Part shown: in pieces, positions 39,244 to 49,100 of the stretch
How positions within the stretch are numbered: position 1 is the stretch's first letter
How the letters are laid out: each line of letters begins with the position of its first letter
Source of the DNA: Thermoplasmata archaeon
Lineage (GTDB): Archaea; Thermoplasmatota; Thermoplasmata; Lutacidiplasmatales; UBA184
Assembly (NCBI GenBank): GCA_027365105.1
Contig: DAHXNZ010000002.1
Span: 85,916-149,915, forward strand
Direction: 5' to 3'
Length of the DNA: 64,000 bases
Notes under the pieces: model-generated
What the model was told of the DNA's origin: nothing
The model's database searches: none
What the model saw: only the letters and a program-made list of their open reading frames with translations
Translations under genes and position numbers: made by a program

Positions 39244-40647
39244 CTACTTGGAGCGCCGCCGGGCGAGCGCGATCCCACCCACGACGGCCGCCACAACTGC
39301 GACGACCCCGACCCCGATGAGGGCCCAGTCCGTCGAACTCAGTCCCGAAGCGCCCGGACCACCGGGGGAGGTGGCGCCGTTCTCGGCCGTGAAGGCAATC
39401 GCCTGGCTCTGGGCGGCCCTGTTGACGGTCACACTGCCGGACGACGGGCTCGCCGTGTAGTTCGAGACCACACCCGTCGAGTAGCTGTAGGTTCCGCTCG
39501 CCTCAGTGAAGACCGCGGTCCCGGTGGAGGAGCTCAGGAGGACGCCGTTCAAGGTCATGGACCAGCCCATCCCGGAGGGAAGACCGGACTCGGTGAAGGT
39601 GACCTCGAACGAGCCGGTCGCCGCGGTCGTGCACACGATCGTCTGACCGACGGACGAGCCGCTCACCGACAGCGATCCGGAGGATGGGGAGGCGAGGTAG
39701 CCGACCACGTTGACGGAGTACGCGTAGGTCCCGCTGATCACGTGGAACACCACCGTCGAGCTCGTGGAGCTGGCCTCCGTGCCGCCAAAGGACACCGACC
39801 AGGAGGTCGCGGCGGCGAGTCCGGTCTCGGTGAAGGTGACCGCGGAGGTCGAGATGGTCGAGTGGGTCGGGAGGACGATCGTACTGTCCGCCAAGGATAC
39901 CTCGCCGGTCGCGGCCATGGCTCGACCGGTGAGCGTCGATCCGGTCAACATCGAGACCGAGTCGTGCGCCATCACGGTCCCCATCATCGTGGAGCTGGTG
40001 CCCAGCGTGGCCGAACTACCCATCACCCAGAACACGTTCCCGGCCTGGGCCCCGTCCGACAGGATGACCGTCCGGCCGGAGGTCATGGTGAAGGCGGACG
40101 CGACCTGGAAGATGAAGACCGCGTTCGGGTTGCCGCCGCCGCTCAGGGTGAGGTCCCCCGAGGAAATCGCGAGCGACGAGGTCGACTTGTAGAGTCCGGG
40201 GGTGAGAGTCTGGCCGCCGATGTTACCGGCGACGGTGACCGCGCAGTTCGAACGGCCCGTGGCATTGTTGATGGCAATCGTCAGGTTCGCTTCGGCTCCG
40301 GCGGCGGCCGGGGTGGTCACGTTCTTCAACCCGGTGATGGTTCCCGGGGGGAAGCCTGTCACGGAGGTTCCGGGACTGAGACCGAGGTTCCCGGTGAGGG
40401 CCGTGGCACCCGTACTGGTGACGGTGCTACTGGCGAGGACCGCGTAGGCCCCGGCCGAGTGGAGAGGAACCGGAACCTGACCGCACACCGCGGCCGACTG
40501 GGACACCGCGCTAGCGACGCCGGAGGTCGCACTCAGGTTGGGGTTACTCGAAGTTCTCGGTGCCATCACCACGAACGCCGCGAACAACATCGCGACGACG
40601 ATCAGCACGCTCACGGCGACCATAACGGGCTTGATTGACTGCATCAT
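39244..40647 (-). CDS. cell-surface protein: signal/TM segment, ice-binding-like DUF3494 beta-solenoid domain, two 'ESGLPxG..WS' repeat modules, C-terminal TM anchor
   Basis: AGAYAVLASSTVTSTGATALTGNLGLSPGTSVTGFPPG...LTPGLYKSTSSLAISSGDLTLSG...NAVFIFQVASAFTMTSG..VILSDGAQAGNVFWVMGSSATLG matches the DUF3494/ice-binding pattern. The C-terminus is WALIGVGVVAVVAAVVGGIALARRRSK. The start at MMQSIKPVMV is preceded by AGGAG. Confidence 0.75.
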   Translation of the reverse strand: MMQSIKPVMVAVSVLIVVAMLFAAFVVMAPRTSSNPNLSATSGVASAVSQSAAVCGQVPVPLHSAGAYAVLASSTVTSTGATALTGNLGLSPGTSVTGFPPGTITGLKNVTTPAAAGAEANLTIAINNATGRSNCAVTVAGNIGGQTLTPGLYKSTSSLAISSGDLTLSGGGNPNAVFIFQVASAFTMTSGRTVILSDGAQAGNVFWVMGSSATLGTSSTMMGTVMAHDSVSMLTGSTLTGRAMAATGEVSLADSTIVLPTHSTISTSAVTFTETGLAAATSWSVSFGGTEASSTSSTVVFHVISGTYAYSVNVVGYLASPSSGSLSVSGSSVGQTIVCTTAATGSFEVTFTESGLPSGMGWSMTLNGVLLSSSTGTAVFTEASGTYSYSTGVVSNYTASPSSGSVTVNRAAQSQAIAFTAENGATSPGGPGASGLSSTDWALIGVGVVAVVAAVVGGIALARRRSK

Positions 40648-40694
40648 GCTTGGCACTCCTTCGGTCTGAAGACCAAGCCTTCGATTTCGGTCGA

Positions 40695-40703
40695 CATATA
40701 TAG
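40695..40703 (-). promoter_or_regulatory. TATA-like box (minus strand CTATATATG) upstream of the DUF3494 gene
   Basis: An AT-rich nonamer ~50 nt upstream of the ATG at 40647, in otherwise GC-rich DNA. It supports the shorter start. Confidence 0.35.
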
Positions 40704-40833
40704 AGCGGCCCTTGATTTGATTCAAGTTCGTCTCGCTTCAGGATGGGGACGCGACGAATGCGCTGGATCGAAGTAGATTGGGAACGCCGGATACCGCCGG
40801 AAAGCGGCCCGCGGATCCCGGACGGAATCTCGC

Positions 40834-42129
40834 TCAAACCCGGGTTTCAGTAGCTGGTCGCGGCCTTCCGTGACTGTCACGGCTCCGCGCGGAGCATCTA
40901 TTCGGCGAACTTCGGAGGGGGTCCAACCCTTTCACCACGAGCATCTCGCCCACCATCAAGCGTGGGCCGGTCATCAGGAGTGTGTGGAGATGCTCGATTC
41001 GCCGCAGCTCCTCCCATAATCGATACCCCTTCTGCCCCCGACATCGCTCCGTCGCGCGCGTGATCTGGAGGATGATCCACTCGTTCTCCACGAGGATGGC
41101 GAGCGCCCTAAGCAACAGGCGGTAGACCGGCCGACGACTCGTGGTCCGGCCCCTCGCCGATTCGGCAACTCGACACGTCGCTTCGATCCCAAAGCGTCCG
41201 CGATACAACGCCCTTAGCTTCGCGGGCGGAAGACGGGGTCCGATCACGACATCGAAGAGGCCCTCCACCTCGTGCCCCCTCGTCCACCCTTCTTGTAGAG
41301 CTTCACCACCTGGACCCGGAAGCTCACTGGGCCCGCCCTCGATTTCATGGTGTGAAGGACGGCGACCGAACGCCGCCCCTTCTCCGAACGGGCGCGCAGC
41401 CTCGGTCCGGCCCGCACGGGCATCACGGCGTGGAGCCCTGAGGCGCGCAGAACTCGATGACCTCGCCGCAGTAGAACTCACGGTCGCGGAGGAGCCAGCG
41501 TACCTTCATACCCAGCGGTTGGGCGTCCTTCAGGTGCCGTCGGACCACCGAGAGAAGGTGGCCGAGTGATCCGACCGCTCGCAGCCCGAGGGTGGGTCGA
41601 CGATCGCCTTGGACGATGGCCCTCGTCGAGTCGTCGTGGAATCGATGGGTCCCCTGCTTCGCCTTGCTGGCCAGGATCTGCTCGGTGCGATGGGGGTCCC
41701 CGGAATAGGGGATGAGATGGAAGCCGAGGGCGCTGGCCACCGGCATCGAGGGGTTTCCCGAACGGACCTAGGCGCGTAGGGCCCACGTAATCTTGGCCGG
41801 AGACGGCCCTGGTCGAGGGTCTCGGTGACCCGAGAGAGTTGACGACGGGAGGATCCCCGAGGGGAGGTGGAGCGACTCGAAGTGAGGGTGCCGGTGGGGG
41901 CAGCGGCCCTGAGGAGGGTCCGGAGGGCGGCACGGAGGGTCCGTCGGGGACACTTGGGCGATCGCCGAGCCAGAGCGGCGAGGACGACAGTCAGCGCCGG
42001 GTTCTCTAGGCGTTTCCTCACCTCAGCAGCGCCGAGGGGCTTTCGCAAGGTTCGGGGTGCGCCCCTCCGGACCGAGGGGGTTTTTCTGGGGGCACGCCGA
42101 ATGGGTTCCCGCAGGCTCGCGGCTGCCAC
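40834..42129 (-). pseudogene. IS4/ISH3-like DDE transposase, interrupted by at least two frame changes
   Basis: Three consecutive minus-strand frames carry an N-terminal part (42129 downward), a middle part with LGMKVRWLLRDREFYCGEVIEF (second-Asp region), and a C-terminal part with LYRGRFGIEATCRVAES (YxxRxxxE). I could not identify terminal inverted repeats by eye. Confidence 0.65.
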
Positions 42130-42235
42130 CGCGGCGGGCGTTCAGTCCAACCGCGCGTTCGCGGTGTCCCACTCACCAGCCCGAAGCTCCAGTCGAATTT
42201 CCTCTCCGGGCGGACGTGTACGGGATCCCCTCAAT

Positions 42236-42544
42236 TCACGACGAGCGGCGACCAACTCCTGAGGCTCCTAGGGCGCGGGCGGCGTCCTTCAGTCGCCCCG
42301 CGCGGCCGGCCGCATCGATCAGGTGGATGTTCCCGTTCTGGGTCATCCAGGAAAATTCGCGCCGAAGCTCGGGCCCGTTGACCCGGCCCGAGATTAGGCA
42401 CCGGCTGTCTCGAAAGTGCTCGAGCAGATCGCTGGCGAGCGTGCTCTGACCGGTTCCCGGCGGTCCCCGGATCAGCAGGCTTTGGGGGGCCGGACGATCC
42501 AGAAAGCTGTAGACCACGGTCGGGAGGTCGAGTACGGTGCTCAT
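42236..42544 (-). pseudogene. N-terminal fragment of a KaiC/RecA-superfamily ATPase, truncated next to the IS
   Basis: LLIRGPPGTGQSTLASDLLEHF contains a Walker A. Only ~70 plausible residues follow, then the reading frame runs into IS-proximal sequence. Confidence 0.5.
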
Positions 42545-42837
42545 GATTCCACGTCAGACGACGTCGCCTCGGGCGGTTCGAGGGCGGATCCTGTATATCG
42601 TGCCTTGCTGAATTCGACTCGAGTTCGTGGGACTCGTCCGTGCCGTCCAAGAGTCCGGCTCAAGGGGCCGATGCCAGATACGGTTGCGCGTCGCGGGAGG
42701 GGGACGTTCCTGCGGCGACGGGAACCCATGAGTCGGTGCCGACGCCCGAGTCCCGGTCATCGGAGTCGGGGGCCTCCCCCGGTTCCCCTGGCCCTGACCG
42801 AGCGCGGGGCGGCCCTGGGAGGGGGCCTGTCCTTCGT

Positions 42838-42999
42838 TCAGTTGGACCGGACCCGGACCGATCCGGGCCCGAAGGCGTACCAGATGAGGATCCCGGCCAA
42901 GATCAAGATCAGCAACCCGAGCAGACCGATCAGGACGAGAAGTACGATCGCGACGAGGATCAGCAAGACGGCCATTCCCAGACTAATTGTGTGGACCAT
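42838..42999 (-). CDS. small hydrophobic membrane peptide (45-53 aa), hypothetical
   Basis: My own translation is (MVHTISLG)MAVLLILVAIVLLVLIGLLGLLILILAGILIWYAFGPGSVRVRSN. It falls below the ORF-track length cut-off. Confidence 0.3.
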   Translation of the reverse strand: MVHTISLGMAVLLILVAIVLLVLIGLLGLLILILAGILIWYAFGPGSVRVRSN

Positions 43000-43170
43000 G
43001 TTTGTTCACGGAAGGGTCCATTCCCCTCGAGAGGAAGAACCCTCCCTCAATTGGATTCAAGCGGCCACTTATCCCGCAAACGAACTTCTCTCTCCTCCCG
43101 TGAAAGCGGACCGAGCCCCGCGGATCGAACCCCCCGGGGGGAGACGTGGCTTCGGCCAGGTGATGAAAGG

Positions 43171-43641
43171 TCAGCCTGGCCTGTCTCGACTCGATTCGCA
43201 AGGGTTGGCGGACCAGGTCGGTCGGCACCGTCGGCGCCACCCCCTGTCGGAGGGACCTATACGGCCAGGTACCCGAGCAGGACGAGGCCGACGACCACAA
43301 CCACCGCGAGGACCATCCATTCCATCATCAGCGAACCTCACGCTCCCACGGCGACCGGCGCGGAGGGGGGCGGGGTCGCCCGCCGAAACCGGCTGTACCC
43401 GAAGGGCGGCCGACACCGGCTCGACCGGAGCGGGGACCGGCGAAATGGCCTGTTGGGTGTCGCGGGGCAACTGCTTGCCCGCTGGGGCGATGTCCTCCAC
43501 CACGACCTTGGTCGCGGGGACGATGACGGTCGCACCTTCGGTCACGCCTTGCGTCCTAGCCTTGGTGACGGTCTCGGTCCCGTGAACGATCACGGTGCCG
43601 ACTTCGACCGGGGCGGCGGCGATCATACCGGGTACTCGCAT
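43171..43641 (-). CDS. hypothetical ORF; only the first ~95 aa look protein-like
   Basis: MRVPGMIAAAPVEVGTVIVHGTETVTKARTQGVTEGATVIVPATKVVVEDIAP... followed by a Pro/Val linker. After a C6 run the frame becomes Arg/Gly-rich. A 22-aa hydrophobic ORF (MMEWMVLAVVVVVGLVLLGYLAV, 43328-43260) sits in another frame. Confidence 0.25.
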   Translation of the reverse strand: MRVPGMIAAAPVEVGTVIVHGTETVTKARTQGVTEGATVIVPATKVVVEDIAPAGKQLPRDTQQAISPVPAPVEPVSAALRVQPVSAGDPAPLRAGRRGSVRFADDGMDGPRGGCGRRPRPARVPGRIGPSDRGWRRRCRPTWSANPCESSRDRPG

Positions 43642-43803
43642 CTTATCCGGAACAGTAGGGCTCTCCATTTGGAGTACCCCAGGAACTGGGCTCTGGACCG
43701 TGGCTCGGGGGTTGTACCCCTCTCAAGCCCGAGTTGAGGGCAACCAAGGTTCCGTGCTCCGGCCCGCCCGACCGTCCGAACGACCGGGCGCCGGCCCGCT
43801 CTT

Positions 43804-43819
43804 GAAAAATCCTATAAGA
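43804..43819 (+). promoter_or_regulatory. BRE/TATA-like element GAAAAATCCTATAAGA upstream of the response-regulator gene
   Basis: An AT-rich box ~55 nt upstream of the ATG at 43876. GGGAGAGG lies 4 nt upstream of the ATG. Confidence 0.35.
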
Positions 43820-43875
43820 GCCCGAACGATAAGCCGGCGACCGCGCCGTTCGGGAGCTCACGCGGGAGAGGCACG

Positions 43876-44934
43876 ATGCGGGTCTTGGCCGTCGATGATG
43901 ACGTGGAGTTCCGCAATGAGCTCATGGCGATGCTCTCGGACAGGGGACACGCCTCGGAGGGGGCGTCGTCCGCGGTCGAGGCGGTCGCCCAGCTGGAGGG
44001 GGCCGAATTCGACGTCATGTTCACCGACCTCCGGATGGGCCGACAGAGCGGAATGGACCTCCTACGCGATGCCCGGGAGCGTTGGCCCCGCCTCCTGGTC
44101 GTGATGCTGACCGGAAAGGGGACGGTGGAAACGGCCGTCCGGGCTCTCCAGATGGGGGCCTTCGACTACGTCCTCAAACCGATCCGGCCCGAACAGGTCG
44201 GGCGGGTTCTCGACCACGTGAACCAACAGCTGGCCCTGATCCGCACGGGTGCGAAACCCCTGGACCCGGGCCAGTACGCGAGTCGCCTCGCCACCGAGAG
44301 CGGCTATGAGGTGCTGCTGATTTCCCCGCCTCCCTTCCGTTCGACCGAGCAGAAAGTGAGCCATCTCCCCCTGGACCCGGAGAACCCATTTCGGATTCGA
44401 GAGGCGGTCGACGATTTCGTAACACCCAAGAACAAGGCGGCCGTGGTCCTCGCCGCCGTGGAGCAGCTTCTGGCGCGTCACCGAGAGGAGGAGGTCGCGG
44501 CACTCCTCGAGGCGATCCGGGCGATCCTGGAGGGCAAGGGACCTCTGGCGGTCGGATACGATCCGAACAAGATCACGGCGACCGGGGCGCTCGCGGTGCG
44601 CGCCTCGATTGTCTCTGCCGATGCCCACTCTACGCTCGAGTCGCTCTCCAATCCGATCCGGCGACTGGTCCTCCATCGTCTGGCGGACGGGCCGTGCACC
44701 TTCGCTCAGGCGATGAAGGCCGCCCGCCTCGACGATACGTCGAAGATCTCCTTCCACCTGCGCAAGTTAACGGAGAGCGGCCTGGTCGAGCACGAGGCGA
44801 GAGAGCGCTACCGACTCTCGGCCCGGGGGAAGGGGGCGATCGAAATTCTCAGATCGATCGAGAATCTCGACCCGGGGAAGGGAAGCGGGAATCGGATCTT
44901 CGAGACGAAGGTCACGACCTCGGCCCGGACCTAG
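43876..44934 (+). CDS. response regulator: CheY-like receiver + DUF835-like middle domain + ArsR-like wHTH
   Basis: MRVLAVDDDVEF...DVMFTDLRMG...VVMLTGKG...AFDYVLKP (REC, phospho-Asp context). YEVLLISPPPF...AAVVLAAVEQLL (DUF835-like). NPIRRLVLHRLADGPCTFAQAMKAARLDDTSKISFHLRKLTESGLVEH (wHTH). Confidence 0.8.
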   Translation: MRVLAVDDDVEFRNELMAMLSDRGHASEGASSAVEAVAQLEGAEFDVMFTDLRMGRQSGMDLLRDARERWPRLLVVMLTGKGTVETAVRALQMGAFDYVLKPIRPEQVGRVLDHVNQQLALIRTGAKPLDPGQYASRLATESGYEVLLISPPPFRSTEQKVSHLPLDPENPFRIREAVDDFVTPKNKAAVVLAAVEQLLARHREEEVAALLEAIRAILEGKGPLAVGYDPNKITATGALAVRASIVSADAHSTLESLSNPIRRLVLHRLADGPCTFAQAMKAARLDDTSKISFHLRKLTESGLVEHEARERYRLSARGKGAIEILRSIENLDPGKGSGNRIFETKVTTSART

Positions 44935-45230
44935 CCCCACGGGCTCCCCGGGTGGCTCGAGGCGGGATTGGGCTCCCCGGTCTTCGACGGCACCCCGCCC
45001 CCTCGGCGTGCGTCGGCAAGCACGTTCTTGGGATTGGTCTACGCCGGCGCCGAGCGGTAGTCGAGGAGCAGCTTGTTGTTGGGCACGTCCATGCCCGCGA
45101 TGTCGTTCCCGTGGATGTCCTTCAACCGTTTGGAAGTACCAGACGTGGAAGGGGTCGTTCATCCCGCGGAGGGACTCGAGCGCCTTCTGCTCGCTGTCGG
45201 CTGCGTGGATGATGACCACCCTGCATTAAT

Positions 45231-45992
45231 TTGTCGGGTGAGCTGGGCCGCTCTGTGGACCCGGTTCGTCCAAGAACGTTTGACCCGTTCTGTCGGGCGC
45301 GGGGGGTGTGCCGACCCCCCGTTTCCATTCGCCTGCTTCTCCCCCGTGGCTCCGCCGGAGAGCGCGGTCGCTCACCTCCCGGCTCGGGACCTGCCGAGGC
45401 TGGGGGAGGACCGCGATCCGGCCCCGGCCCAATACCTCGCGATGGCTTTGTCCCAGCCCTCCCGCGCCTCCTTCTGTCGCGAGAGCACGGCCCGCGACAC
45501 CAGCGCCCGCGCCACCTCGAAAACAACCCGGCGGCCCACTTCCCCGAGCGTGGGAAACCGAGGCGTTCTCTTCCCCGGCGCTTCTTCCCGCGCGCGTCGC
45601 AGCTGCTCGAGGATCGGGTACGTGTGCGCGATGAGCACCGGCGTCAAGTGGTGGTTCAGGCACCGCCACCGCCGCCCCTCGATGTGGTCCGGCCCCAGCT
45701 CCATCTTCGCGTCCTCGTGAAACCGTTCGATCGCCCAGCGGCGATGAGCGATCGCCGTAAGATACTCCAACCGAGCGGACCCCGGCCCCCGTCGATCCCG
45801 GCCCGCAACCCATCTGAGCGGTCCTCGAGCAGCCGCCAGCCCACCTCATCCATCGGGATCGGGCCAGGGCCCACGCGCACCTTCCGTCGGGTGACTCGGC
45901 CCGACGGACCGTGACCCAGTCGTTCGTCATCGACGCCCGGGCCCGAGGCATCACGGTCGAGGTACCGGGGAGGAGGTGAGGCTTGGTGGGGC
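45231..45992 (-). mobile_element. truncated, frameshifted IS701/IS4-like transposase fragment, repeat copy B
   Basis: By hand alignment to 37871-38633 there are about 16 substitutions and one 1-nt indel (C8 versus CCCTCCC). Same orientation, same truncation point and same internal frame break as copy A. Confidence 0.8.
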
Positions 45993-46171
45993 CGTGCTGC
46001 ACCCCAATAGAAGTAGGCACTGAGAGTCCGGAGAGGTAGGGAGAGGGAACGAGCAACAAGGACGGGGGGGAGGGCAAGCGACCGAAGGGAGCGAGCCCGT
46101 GGGGAGGCCCGCGCCCCACCCCGAACCTCTCCCTCAGGTGTACAAAGGAGAAGGGAGCACGTCCGTCCGGA

Positions 46172-49100
46172 TCACCGTGGTGGGGGTGGGGACGCCGACG
46201 GCTCCGGGGAGGTCCCCCCTCCGCCGTGGCGACGCTTCCCGAGGAGCGCCGCCCCACCGACAGCGGCGCCCGCTACGACCGAGCCCAACCCGAACCAAGC
46301 CCACGATGGAAGGGAGGACCAAGGTGAGGTCGCGAAGGGAACCACCCTGACCGTGATCCCCGGGACTCCCTGGAGCGAGACGGTTCCGCTCTGCGGAGGG
46401 TACCCCGGCGCGGTGATCCTCCAGACATAGGTGCCGTTCGGAATCATGAGAAGATACTCCCCGCTGCCGTTTCCCATCGTCGTCTCGTTGGGGATCTGCA
46501 GGGTCACGGGGGTGTTGCCCGGCAGTCCCTGGACGTCGAAGTAGAACGGGTACGAATACCGGTAGGTCACGTGGACGACGACGCTCGACCCGTTGACGAC
46601 CACCGTTCCACGAGACGGAAAGGGATAGTACGATGGTGGGGGTGCCCCCGGCCCGCTGGGCCGGAGGACCGTCCAGACATAGGTGCCGTTCGGAACGCCC
46701 TGGATCCCGAGGGGCAGGGTATGGGTCGGGCCCGGACCCCCTTGAACGACAGAGCCGGCCCCATCGGTCCCGGGGAGGAGCGGCCCCATCTGGATCTGCC
46801 AGTCGATCGGGAACGGCTGACCCGTCTGGACGAACGTCACCCGGTAGGTGCCCGCCGTCGGAGGTTCGTAGGTCACCCCGAGCCGGACCGGGGCGCCGTG
46901 GACGGTCAATTGGGTCTCGTTTGGATGGCTCTCAAAGCCCTGGACATCCCAGGGATAGACCGGATAGCTGCCGTTCGGGAGCTCGAACCCGATCCCCGAC
47001 GACCCGCTGCTTCTGGTCGTCGCTCCGAGGCTGACCGACCAGTTCGTCCCCGACGGCAATCCAACCTCCTCAATCGTCACCAAGTAGGTGACTGGGGTGA
47101 ACGCGATGTTCACCGGACCCACATCTGCCCCGTTCACCGTGACGATCCCGGAGGTGGGGGCTGCTCGCCAACCCGGCACATTCGGGACCGAGAACGGGCC
47201 GGTTCCGTTCGGCTCGGCAAAGGCGATGCTGGATCCCGAAGAGTTGTGCGTGGCTCCGTTCAGGTCGACCGACCACAGGGTCCCGGGCGGAAGTCCCGAT
47301 TCGTTGAAACGGACGGTGAAGGTCGGCGGAGGAATCAGGATTGAGAGGGTGTTGGACGTGGAACTGACCGCATAGGCGGAACCCGTCCCGAACGCTGACA
47401 CCATGGCATCCAGCCCGCTTCCCACCAGCGGACTCCCGACGATGAGGTGGGTAGTGTCATTCATGATCGAGATCCGCGATCCGTAGAGGCTCGCCGCGAG
47501 GATCGTGTGCGTCGCCGCGGACCATACGAGAGCGCTGGGTTCGGCGCCCACCACGGTAAACGAGACCGTCCCCCCGGTGGACGCGTTCAGGCCGAGGATG
47601 GCATTGTCCACGCTCCCCGACGTGTTGGGGAGAAGGGCGCCCCCCACGTACATCGTCCGGGTGGCCCCGTCATACGCGAGCGAGAGCGGGCTGATGCCGA
47701 CCTCCCGGACATGGTCGAGCGTCAGGGTGGTTGGGTTGACCCACCCAATGTCCCCGTCGGTCGCGAGCCACATCGACCCGTTCACCGGGTCGAACGCCAT
47801 GGCCGTTACCGGACCAAGATCCGCGCTTATCGTGAAGGACGAGATGATGTCCTTCGTGGATCCGGAGATCAGGTACACCGTACTGCCAAAGTCTGAGACA
47901 TTGTAATCGAACTCCGATACAAACACTTGACCCGTCCACGAATCGAAGGCGGCAGCAACTTGGCCCCATCCTTCCCCCGGGCTCGGTATGGGAAGGGCAA
48001 ACTCATCGGTGACCGTCCAACTCCGGTCACTCAGGACGGCCACCACCCCTCCCAATCCGACAACGAACACCTCGGACGTCACGGGGTCGTAGACCACGGC
48101 AGTGGCCTCGGTAATCCCGCCGATTTGGATCCGCTGGCCCGTGCTCAACGAAACGACGCTCACGCTATTCGCGAGGGGGTTCGCGATGACGACCTCATCC
48201 GTGCGCGGATCAAACGCGATTCCGGAAGGGCCACCCCCGCCCACGATCATCGGGCTCAGGCCCCCCGAAGCCAGCGATACGACCTGGAGCTCGTTGCCGC
48301 ACCGGTCGGCCACGTAGACCGTCCCGGTCGGATAATCGATGGACATCGCCGATGGACATTCAGTGGCCATCGGGTAGTGGCCGACCCCGGTTTGCTTCAG
48401 TGCCGAAACCGCATAGATCTCCCCGTTGTCCGCCGCGGCATACACCACGGCCGTCGCCGGATCGTCGGTGATGGCGCCAATGAGCGCGGTGGTATTCAGC
48501 GTGATGGTTCCGGTGAGGTTCGGAGAGGCGCCCGAGAAGACGGATATCTGGCTGAGGCCGCTGATCGAAAGTTCAGGGCAGTCGGTGGTCCCACCCACCG
48601 CATAGATGGCATCCGCGGACGGATCGAAGGTGACGGGGCCTCCCCCCGCATCATACCGCATCCCGTGGACCGACGGTGATCCGAGCTCGACCCACTGGAC
48701 CCCGGCGCAGAACAATCCGGCGGGTCCCGAGACGTACACCACCTGATGAAGCGTATCGAGCGTCATATAGTCGGGCAGCCCCCACTGAACCGAGAACGCC
48801 CTCGGGATGGACGCGACCACTTCGTAGGTCGAAGCCGTCCCGTTCAGGAGCAGGAGCATGCCCGTGGTGTTGTAGGTTGAGCCGTAGATCAGTACCGCCA
48901 GCTCACCGGTCGGCGCATCGAATGCCATGGCCAGCGGCAGGCCCGGAAGGGCGATCGGTTGACCCGGTTGAAGAGAGGTGACATTGACCGCGAAAAGTTC
49001 GCTCGCGGAGCTGCTCATGATGAGCACCTGATGGGTTTGGTTATCGTAGGTGAGATCCGACACATTCTGCCCCAGATTGAAACGAGCGACAGTCGCCCCG

